Sequence record: DRR723986_1300
Direction: 5' to 3' (one strand)
DNA length: 36,535 bases
Under the pieces are notes generated by a model. The model was given only the letters and a program-made list of their open reading frames with translations. It had not been told where the DNA came from and searched no databases. The translations under genes were made by a program, and so were the position numbers. This document shows, in pieces, positions 1 through 8,046 of this stretch (position 1 is the first letter of the stretch; each line of letters begins with the position of its first letter).

Positions 1-1
1 C

Positions 2-559
2 GGTGAGGGCACTGTATTGACTACCGACAGCTGTTTCCCCAATGCCAACCGCAACCCGGACTGGTCGCGAACAGCGATCGACGAGGAACTGGCCCGCACC
101 CTGGGTATCGAGAAAGTTATCTGGTTGCCGGGGGACCCGGAGGATCAGGAGACGGACGGCCATGTGGACGGCATCGCCTGCTTCGCGCGCCCGGGTACGG
201 TGATTATCGAATCCAGCGATGATCCGCAGGACCCTCGCCAGCCGTTTTTCAACTCGGTGCGCGATGTGCTGGCCCAGGCCACCGATGCCAGGGGGCGGCG
301 CCTGGAACTGCTGGAGCTGCCGGAAGCGCCGCCGGAGGTCATGCGCGGTGAGCGTTACTGCCCGTCCTACGTGAACTTCTACCTGGCCAACGGTGCGGTG
401 ATCGCACCGGCGTATCTGTGCGCGGAGGACGCGGTCGTGCGCGAGCGCCTGCAGTCGTTCTTTCCGGATCGGGAGATCGTGCTGGTCCCGATCGATGATA
501 TTGCCGAGGGTGGTGGGGGTATCCACTGCATCACCCAGCAGCAGCCGCTGGCGGTCTAG
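2..559 (+). CDS. aguA: Agmatine deiminase family protein (5'-truncated by window edge)
   Basis: Frame open from position 2 (GEGTVLTTDSCF..NRNP); motifs TDGHVD, SYVNFY and C-terminal GGGGIHCITQQQP with the catalytic Cys. Confidence 0.9.
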   Translation, partial: GEGTVLTTDSCFPNANRNPDWSRTAIDEELARTLGIEKVIWLPGDPEDQETDGHVDGIACFARPGTVIIESSDDPQDPRQPFFNSVRDVLAQATDARGRRLELLELPEAPPEVMRGERYCPSYVNFYLANGAVIAPAYLCAEDAVVRERLQSFFPDREIVLVPIDDIAEGGGGIHCITQQQPLAV

Positions 560-649
560 CGGACCTACCCCTCGCGGGGGGCGTGCCCTCTTGGCGTTCT
601 GTACTATAGTGGGGCCGATTCCAGTCAGGGCCCAGCGCGAGGGTAGTTT

Positions 650-2050
650 ATGTCCAGTTCATTTCCCGGTCCCAAAACCCGCCAAACCCTGGAGCGCGGC
701 ATTCCGCTGTTTCGCAATGGCCTGCGCTTCGAGCAGGAGATGGAGAAGGCCGGACGCCGCGGTTTTCGCAGTGCCAACCAGATCGTTGTCGATCGCGCCG
801 AGGGGGATTTCGTCTGGGATATGGACGGCCGGCGCTACATCGATTTCCAGAATGGCTGGGCGACCAACCCGCTGGGTAACGCCCACCCCGAGATTATCGA
901 TGCCGTCGATGCCGCTCACCGGCGCTACGGTTTTCACTACGATCACCCGCTGCGCTATGACCTGGCGGAAAAGCTCGCCGAGATCATGCCCGGCAAGGCA
1001 CTCCCGCGCTTTAACTATGAAGTCTCCGGTACCGAAGCGGCAGAAGCTGCGGTCCATCTGGCGCTGACCCACACCCGCCGACGCTACATCATCACCTTCG
1101 CCTCCGCCTATCACGGCAATGCGCTGGGATCCAAGGTGCTCAGCGGTCTGGACAGCGAGCGCTATCGCTATCTCGAGGCCTGGGGCGGGGGAGTGATCAA
1201 GGCGCCGTACCCGTACAGCGACATCCAGCCCGCAGGCATGAGCCAGGAGCAGTACGTCGAGTATTGCCTGTGGTACCTGGAAAACCATATTCCGAACGTC
1301 ATTGCCCCGCGGGACAACATCGCCGGCATCCTGGTGGAGCCTGGCCTTGCCGAGGGCGGTAACTGGATTCCCCCGGGTAACTTCCTGCGCGGCATCCGCG
1401 ATATCTGTGACCGCAACGACTGGCTGATGATCGGCGACGAGGTGCTTACCGGGCTGGGCCGCACTGGCAGGATGTGGGGTGTGGATCACTACGATGTGAT
1501 CCCCGATATCCTGGTGGTAGGCAAGAACCTGTCGGGGGGCATCGCGCCCTGCGCCGGGATCGCCGCCCGCGACGATATCCTCGGTGATGCGCCGGACTTC
1601 GAGTCCGGTTCGACCTTTGCCGGCACCCCGGCGGGCTGTGCCGCGGGTATCAAGACCCTGGAAATCTACGAGCGTGACGGGGTTGTTGCGCATGCCGAGC
1701 GACTGGGCAAGCTGGCGGCGGAGATCATGGCGGGCTGGGAGCGCGACTTCAGTATCGTGCGCCAGGTGCGTGGCAATGGCCTGCTGATGGGCGTGTCCTT
1801 CCAGAGCCCGGGGACGGAAGAGAAAAACTGGTGGTACAGCCGTGCCGTACGCAGCCACATGCTGGAGCGGGGGGTGTGGGCAATCAGCGACCGGGAACAC
1901 GCCATCCGCATGTACCCGGCACTCAACATGGATGAGGCGGTGCTGCTGGAGGGGCTGGAAATCATGCGCGAGGCCATCGCGCAGGTTGAGGAGCAGGGAC
2001 AGGAGTGCGGTGACAGCCCCGGCTGGCCCACCGGGGTCGCTGGTTTCTGA
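650..2050 (+). CDS. Class III PLP-dependent aminotransferase (GabT/ArgD-like)
   Basis: DMDGRRYIDF, SGTEAAEAA, YHG, LVEP, DEVLTGLGRTG and PDILVVGKNLSGG (PLP Lys) motifs; GAGGG SD at 639-643. Confidence 0.9.
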   Translation: MSSSFPGPKTRQTLERGIPLFRNGLRFEQEMEKAGRRGFRSANQIVVDRAEGDFVWDMDGRRYIDFQNGWATNPLGNAHPEIIDAVDAAHRRYGFHYDHPLRYDLAEKLAEIMPGKALPRFNYEVSGTEAAEAAVHLALTHTRRRYIITFASAYHGNALGSKVLSGLDSERYRYLEAWGGGVIKAPYPYSDIQPAGMSQEQYVEYCLWYLENHIPNVIAPRDNIAGILVEPGLAEGGNWIPPGNFLRGIRDICDRNDWLMIGDEVLTGLGRTGRMWGVDHYDVIPDILVVGKNLSGGIAPCAGIAARDDILGDAPDFESGSTFAGTPAGCAAGIKTLEIYERDGVVAHAERLGKLAAEIMAGWERDFSIVRQVRGNGLLMGVSFQSPGTEEKNWWYSRAVRSHMLERGVWAISDREHAIRMYPALNMDEAVLLEGLEIMREAIAQVEEQGQECGDSPGWPTGVAGF

Positions 2051-2113
2051 GGAGCTGCCCGTTTATTTACGCTGGCCACGCCCGGGCGATTGGGGTATGG
2101 TTTAGGCTAGAAG

Positions 2114-2133
2114 AAATGAATGAGCATTCATTT
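2114..2133. promoter_or_regulatory. Perfect palindromic operator AAATGAATG-AG-CATTCATTT upstream of the TBDR (putative TetR site)
   Basis: 9-bp perfect inverted repeat with a 2-bp spacer, AT-rich in GC-rich DNA, 40 bp before the ATG; an 18/20 copy lies at 10769-10788. Confidence 0.8.
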
Positions 2134-2172
2134 TTACGCCCTGCAGACGAATAAAAACGATCAGGAGTTGCT

Positions 2173-4569
2173 ATGAGTGAGCTCTACGCCCCGCCCGGAC
2201 TGTTCAAGCGCAGTAGCCTGGCCACGGCTATTTCGCTGGCCCTGTCTACGACCGCCTACGGCGAAGAGCGCCTGTTGCTGGAAGAGGTGATCGTCACCGC
2301 TACCAAGCGTGAGGTCAGCCTGCAGGAGGTACCCCAGGCGGTCACCGCCTTTACCACCGCCGATATCCAGCGCCAGGGCATGCTGGGCATGGATGACTAC
2401 GTGCTCAAGATCCCCAGCCTGTCCATGTCGCGGCGCGAGCCGGGTGGCACCTCCCTGTCGTTCCGCGGGGTCGCCGCCTCGGGCATTCAGTTCAACGCCA
2501 ACCCTTCTGCGGGTGTTTACCTCGACGAGCAGCCAATCACCTCGGCGGGTTTGAACCCTGACCCCCGCCTGATCGATATCGAGCGGGTCGAAGCGCTGAG
2601 CGGCCCCCAGGGCACCCTGTTCGGTGAAGCGTCCCAGTCAGGCACCCTGCGTATCATTACCAACAAGCCCGACACCGGCGAGTTTGAGGGCTGGGTGGAA
2701 GGCGGCGCGGCCTATGTCGAGGATAGCGACGACCCCGATTACGACGTCAGTGCGATGGTCAACATCCCGCTGGTCGAGAACAAGCTGGCCCTGCGCCTGG
2801 TGGGTTTCACCGGCGAGGAAGCGGGCTATGTGGATAACGTGCTGGGCACCAGCCAGGCGGACGCCTACGGCCGCCCCGGGGTGTTTACCAACGCCGCCCA
2901 GGTCGACGATGACGTCAACTCCTCGCAGAGCAGCGGCGGTCGAGCGGCCCTGCGCTGGGAGATCAATGACAACTGGCGAGTGGATGTCGGTGCGATTTTC
3001 CAGTCCTACGAACTCGACGGCTTCGGTGATACCAACCCCAACCGGGGTCTGGGTGAGCGCGAGCAGCTGCGCTTCAATGAAGAGAGCGCCAAGGATGACT
3101 GGTACCAGTTGAGCCTCACCCTTGAGGGCAGCATGGACTGGGCGGACACCATCCTGGTGGGTAGTTACTTCGAGCGCGATTTTGAGTACGTCGCCGATGT
3201 GACCGATTACCTGCACGACTTTGACCAGAAATATGACCCCGGTTATTACGCGATCTATGACTTTGGCGGGCATCCTAGCGGGCAGGCCTTTACCGAGCAA
3301 AACGACAAGCGCTGGACCCTGGAGGGTCGCCTGTCGACGCCGGCAGATTCCGACAGCCGCTGGCACGGCCTGGTGGGCTTCTACTACGGCAAGACCGAGC
3401 GCGAAACCAAGTTCACCTCGGTTGTGGAAGGCCTGGCAGACACCTATGCCTTCACCTACCTGAATTACTACGCGGCCTATTATTCACCGTCCCTGAACGG
3501 TTCGCCTCCGGGCACCTGGACGGGATCGACCAGCGATGGCTGGTACGGCTCGGTCTACGACCAGGAGATCGAACAGATCGCGGTGTTCGGTGAGGCCACC
3601 CTTGATATTACTGAGGACTTGTCGATTACCGCCGGCGGCCGCTGGTTTGAGATCGATCGCACCTTCGACTCACTGCAGACCGGGCTGGTGCAGGGGGAGT
3701 GGGCGAGTTTTGAGGATGACTACGTCACCATTTCCGACGTGGTGGACACCACCGAGGACGATTTCTCGCCCAAGGTCAATGTGACCTACCAGTTCACTGA
3801 TGACAACATGGTCTATGCCACGTATTCGGAGGGCTTCCGGGCTGGCGGTGGTAATGCGGTGCGGGCCTCCTCGGTGCTGCCGAGGCAGTACGATTCCGAT
3901 ACTGTGGAAAACTTCGAGATCGGCACCAAGAACACCTTGCTGGACGGCCGGCTCAACCTGAACGCCGTGGCCTATATGATGTCCTGGGACAATATCCAGA
4001 TTCAGGCCAATGACCCCAATATCTTCGCCCTGGGCTATGTGAATTTCCCCGAGGCGGAAATCACCGGCCTCGAGCTGGAGTTCTCGTGGGTGGTGACCCC
4101 GGGTCTGTTGGTGTCCGGGGGTTACGCTTACCTTGATGCTGCAATCTCGCAGGATTCGCGGATCATAGGTGATGACGGTTCGTTGGTGGCCGAGGTTAGC
4201 GACGGCACCCAGTTGCCGATCTCACCGGAGAACAAGGCCAACCTGGCCCTGGATTACAATTTCCAGAACAACCTGTGGGGCATGGAACCGCATATGCGCC
4301 TGGATTATGTGTTTGTCGGCGAGTCACTGAACTCGCTGGCCGGTACCGAGTCCATCGTATTCACCCGGGCACCCACCGAGCAGGATTCCTACAGCATCGT
4401 GAATTTCCGGGCTGGCCTGACCAGCGACAACTGGGATCTGACGGTGTACGCGGACAATCTTACCGACGAGGTGGCGGAGCAGTTCTACAACAACCGCTAC
4501 GGCTCGCTGCAGCGTTTGTCGATTAACAAACCGCGCACCATTGGCTTCAGCGCCCGGTACAAGTTCTGA
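2173..4569 (+). CDS. TonB-dependent outer membrane receptor
   Basis: Signal peptide, TonB-box region LEEVIVTATKR, plug motif DIERVEALSGPQGTLFG, YATYSEGFRAGG, terminal Phe (ARYKF); AGGAG SD at 2163-2167. Confidence 0.95.
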   Translation: MSELYAPPGLFKRSSLATAISLALSTTAYGEERLLLEEVIVTATKREVSLQEVPQAVTAFTTADIQRQGMLGMDDYVLKIPSLSMSRREPGGTSLSFRGVAASGIQFNANPSAGVYLDEQPITSAGLNPDPRLIDIERVEALSGPQGTLFGEASQSGTLRIITNKPDTGEFEGWVEGGAAYVEDSDDPDYDVSAMVNIPLVENKLALRLVGFTGEEAGYVDNVLGTSQADAYGRPGVFTNAAQVDDDVNSSQSSGGRAALRWEINDNWRVDVGAIFQSYELDGFGDTNPNRGLGEREQLRFNEESAKDDWYQLSLTLEGSMDWADTILVGSYFERDFEYVADVTDYLHDFDQKYDPGYYAIYDFGGHPSGQAFTEQNDKRWTLEGRLSTPADSDSRWHGLVGFYYGKTERETKFTSVVEGLADTYAFTYLNYYAAYYSPSLNGSPPGTWTGSTSDGWYGSVYDQEIEQIAVFGEATLDITEDLSITAGGRWFEIDRTFDSLQTGLVQGEWASFEDDYVTISDVVDTTEDDFSPKVNVTYQFTDDNMVYATYSEGFRAGGGNAVRASSVLPRQYDSDTVENFEIGTKNTLLDGRLNLNAVAYMMSWDNIQIQANDPNIFALGYVNFPEAEITGLELEFSWVVTPGLLVSGGYAYLDAAISQDSRIIGDDGSLVAEVSDGTQLPISPENKANLALDYNFQNNLWGMEPHMRLDYVFVGESLNSLAGTESIVFTRAPTEQDSYSIVNFRAGLTSDNWDLTVYADNLTDEVAEQFYNNRYGSLQRLSINKPRTIGFSARYKF

Positions 4570-4576
4570 CCAGTGG

Positions 4577-5170
4577 ATGGATATTGACGTCCCGCTGCGG
4601 GAGCTTGGCGCTTACGATATAGGGCCTCTGCAGGAAGCTATCCTGGGCCTCGGACCCGAGGCCTGGGCGGATCCATTCCGCCAACAGACCTACGATGTGC
4701 ACCACAATACCGAGTCGGTACTGATGGTGTTTACCGACGGCAGCGGCTGGCCCGATATCGAAATCCGCAAGGAGGCGGGCTGGGACCTGCTGGCGGACGC
4801 GGCCCTGCCGCTGATGCACCAGATCCTTGCCGACCACTACCCGCCGGGTGGAACCATTATCCGCGCAGTCGCGGCCAGGCTGGTGCCGGGTGGTGTGATC
4901 AAGCCGCATCGGGATACGCATCCCTCATTCCATTATGGGCATCGCATCCATATCCCGATTTCCACCAACTCCCGGGTGCGTTTCATCATCGACGGCCGGC
5001 CCTATCGCTTCGAGATCGGTAAGGTTTACGAGATCAACAACCAGTTGCAGCACAGTGTCAGCAACAAGGGCGGCGAAGCGCGGATCACCTTCATTTTCGA
5101 CTACATCCCGCCGCAGAAGCTGCAGGAAATGGCGGCGCTGCCGGGACGCGAGGCGAACCAGACCGCATGA
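4577..5170 (+). CDS. Aspartyl/asparaginyl beta-hydroxylase-domain protein (Fe/2OG cupin)
   Basis: IKPHRD (HxD), HRIHIP, EINNQLQHSVSN, RITFIFD. Start moved to ATG 4577, 7 nt after the TBDR stop. Confidence 0.8.
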   Translation: MDIDVPLRELGAYDIGPLQEAILGLGPEAWADPFRQQTYDVHHNTESVLMVFTDGSGWPDIEIRKEAGWDLLADAALPLMHQILADHYPPGGTIIRAVAARLVPGGVIKPHRDTHPSFHYGHRIHIPISTNSRVRFIIDGRPYRFEIGKVYEINNQLQHSVSNKGGEARITFIFDYIPPQKLQEMAALPGREANQTA

Positions 5171-6084
5171 CCAAGGTGGTCGCAACCTCGGTGGTGCGGG
5201 GCAGCCACCAGGGTGAATCCCATGGGGGTGTGCACCTGGTCGACTTTGAGGCGCAGACCTCGCTGCGGGTAATCGACTGGAATACCATGGATATTGACTG
5301 GCAGGGCCGTGGCTGGGACCGCGGCCTGCGCGGTATCGCCTTCGACGGTGAGCGGGTGTTCATCGCCGCCAGTGACGAGTTGTATGAGTACACACCGGAT
5401 TTTCGCCTGGTCGATTCCTGGCGCAACCCGTTCCTCAAGCATTGCCACGAGATTGCCGTCTACCAGCGGCGCCTGTACCTCACCTCGACCGGCTTCGACA
5501 GCATTCTAGGCTTTGATCTCGATCGCAACCGGTTTAGCTGGGGCATGCAGGTGGCCAGGGTGGGCGCACGCTTCCAGGGTGCGCCCTTCGACCCCGGTTC
5601 GGGCAAGGGTCCACCGCCCGGTAACGACCTGCACATCAACAACGTCTGCTGTACCGAGGACGGCCTTTACCTGAGCGGCTTGCGCACCGGCTGCCTGCTG
5701 CGCTTCAACGGGCGTGAGCTGGACAGTTGGGTGACCCTGCCACTGGGCATCCACAATGCGATGCCTTTCCGGAACGGGGTGATCTTCAACGATACCCAGG
5801 CCGATCTTGTGCGCTTCGAATCGCGCGTTGCCCATGCCGCGTTCAAGGTGCCGCAGTATGACCCGGGGCAACTCACCCACCTCGCGTTGGACGATTCGCG
5901 AATAGCCCGCCAGGGCTTCGGCCGCGGCCTGTGTGTCGTGGGGGAGGGCGTACTGGCCGCCGGCTCGTCGCCCTCAACCATCACCTTGCACGATATTGAT
6001 CGCGAGCGCTCACTGGCCAGCGTCGCGCTGACCATGGATGTCCGCAATGCGATCCACGGTCTGGAGCGCTGGCCTTTCGGCTGA
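5167..6084 (+). CDS. Uncharacterized beta-propeller protein (DUF4915/TIGR03032-like or arylsulfotransferase-like)
   Basis: ATGA overlap with the upstream gene; repeated blade-like motifs GLRGIAF, HCHEIAV, LHINNV, IHNA, FGRGL. Confidence 0.65.
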   Translation: MTKVVATSVVRGSHQGESHGGVHLVDFEAQTSLRVIDWNTMDIDWQGRGWDRGLRGIAFDGERVFIAASDELYEYTPDFRLVDSWRNPFLKHCHEIAVYQRRLYLTSTGFDSILGFDLDRNRFSWGMQVARVGARFQGAPFDPGSGKGPPPGNDLHINNVCCTEDGLYLSGLRTGCLLRFNGRELDSWVTLPLGIHNAMPFRNGVIFNDTQADLVRFESRVAHAAFKVPQYDPGQLTHLALDDSRIARQGFGRGLCVVGEGVLAAGSSPSTITLHDIDRERSLASVALTMDVRNAIHGLERWPFG

Positions 6085-6132
6085 TCCCCCCACTTACTAT
6101 ACTGCGGCCATTGTTTTGCCGGAGTAAGTGAC

Positions 6133-8043
6133 ATGGATGTATCCCGACCTGTTATTGGCCTGTTGGCCGTTCTCGCCCTCGCGCTGCCGCTGGCCGCAGT
6201 CGCCGCGCCGGAAGCGGGCAGCGCTGACAAGCCGCTTATCGAGAAGCGCGACGACCTGCCGCGCCATGAGTACCAATTGGACCTGCCGGTGGTGGCGCTG
6301 TACGAGCCGGCCAATCGGGCAGCCCTGCGGGCCCTGGCCAGCGCGGTGCAGCAGGATATCGAAGCTGACCTGGCCCGCTTCGATATCCGCGACGACAACA
6401 CGGTGCAGGAGTTCTACAGCCTGCTCGGCAGCGTCGCCCTGTTGGAGGAACGCTGGCAGGATTACCTCGACTACCTCGATAAACGTCGCGCCCTGGAAAC
6501 CAAGGAAGCCAACCGGCTGACCATGGGGCTGGTGGGAGAGGCCATCGCCCGGGTCAAGCTGGCGGGGGTGGAAGACGAGGCGACCGCGCTGGCGGCGGAG
6601 CTGACCCGGCTGGTACAAGCGCTGCCCTATACCACCGTGCAGAACAACCTGAAGAGCGCCAAGGGTAGCTCCGAGATTCTCACCCGGGCCCTGGTACTGG
6701 GCAACATCGAATCTTCCTTCCAGCCGGTGGTGGACAAAACCGATGGTCGGATCAGTTATGACATCGCCTCCTCGCTGGTCGGCGTCGCCTTCACCCTCGA
6801 TCTCTACATCCCCAATGCGGCCATCGTGAACCAGGTGTACGGTGACCATATTGCGGCGAATGATGTGGAGAAAGAAGACATCTGGGAGGCGCGCAAGTTT
6901 GCCCTCACCGATGACATCGATGCCCGGCCGGTGGTGATTTCGGTCTGGGACAGCGGCGTGGATACGCCGATTTTCGCGCCCACCGGGCAGCTGTGGACCA
7001 ACCCGGGAGAGATTCCGGACAACGGCATCGATGATGATGGCAACGGTTTTGTCGATGACGTGCACGGTTTTGCCTATAACCTCGATTCGGAGAAAGTGCC
7101 GGCCCTGCTGCGACCGATCGAAGAGCAGTTCGGGGTAGACCGCGCGGCCCTGCAGGTTCATGCCAAGGGCATCGGCGACATCTCTACCAATATCGATAGC
7201 CCCGAGGCGGCGGAACTACGCAAGTACATTGCCGGGTTGCCGCAGGCGTCGATCCAGGAATTTCTCGAATCACTGAACCTGTATTCCGGCTACGCCCACG
7301 GCACCCATGTGTCCGGCATTGCGCTGGAGAGCAATCCGTTTGCCCGCCTGCTGGTGGCGCGCATGACCTACAACCACACCCAGATTCCGCTGGAGCCGAC
7401 CATCGAGCAGGCAGAGCGGGATGCCGCCATGTTCCGCAGCGCCGGTGCCTACTTTCGGGCGCATGGCGTGCGTGCGGTCAATATGAGCTGGGGCGGCAGC
7501 CTGCGAGGCATCGAGGAAGCGCTGGAAGCCCACGATGCGGGGGGAACTCCCGAGGAGCGCAAGGCGCTGGCGCGGCGGATTTTCCTGATCGGTGACGAGG
7601 CCCTGCGCGAGGCGATTGCCGGCTCCCCCGATATCCTGTTCATCACCAGCGCCGGCAACTCGGACAATGACGTGAAGTTCGACGAGTTCTATCCCAGCAG
7701 CTACGAGTACCCCAACCTGCTGACGGTCGGTGCGGTCGACAGCGCGGGCGATGAGACCAGTTTCACCAGCCTGGGCAAGGTGGACATCTACGGTGATGGT
7801 TATGAAGTAGAGAGTTTCGTCCCCGGTGGTGACCGCATACGCTTCAGCGGCACCTCGATGTCTTCACCGCAGGTACTGAACCTGGCTTCCAAGTTGCTGG
7901 CCCTGGCGCCGGGACTCTCCGTAGCGGAGCTGCGTCAGCTGATTATCGACGGTGCGGATGACAAGGTGCTGGAATCACGCACCATCAAGCTGATGAACCC
8001 GAAGGCCTCGCTGGAGCTGCTGCGCGAGCGCAGCGGCGACTGA
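6133..8043 (+). CDS. Secreted S8 (subtilisin-family) serine peptidase
   Basis: Signal peptide; catalytic triad WDSGVD, HGTHVSG, SGTSMSSP; oxyanion SAGNS; NGIDDDGNGFVDD insertion. Confidence 0.93.
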   Translation: MDVSRPVIGLLAVLALALPLAAVAAPEAGSADKPLIEKRDDLPRHEYQLDLPVVALYEPANRAALRALASAVQQDIEADLARFDIRDDNTVQEFYSLLGSVALLEERWQDYLDYLDKRRALETKEANRLTMGLVGEAIARVKLAGVEDEATALAAELTRLVQALPYTTVQNNLKSAKGSSEILTRALVLGNIESSFQPVVDKTDGRISYDIASSLVGVAFTLDLYIPNAAIVNQVYGDHIAANDVEKEDIWEARKFALTDDIDARPVVISVWDSGVDTPIFAPTGQLWTNPGEIPDNGIDDDGNGFVDDVHGFAYNLDSEKVPALLRPIEEQFGVDRAALQVHAKGIGDISTNIDSPEAAELRKYIAGLPQASIQEFLESLNLYSGYAHGTHVSGIALESNPFARLLVARMTYNHTQIPLEPTIEQAERDAAMFRSAGAYFRAHGVRAVNMSWGGSLRGIEEALEAHDAGGTPEERKALARRIFLIGDEALREAIAGSPDILFITSAGNSDNDVKFDEFYPSSYEYPNLLTVGAVDSAGDETSFTSLGKVDIYGDGYEVESFVPGGDRIRFSGTSMSSPQVLNLASKLLALAPGLSVAELRQLIIDGADDKVLESRTIKLMNPKASLELLRERSGD

Positions 8044-8046
8044 TCC

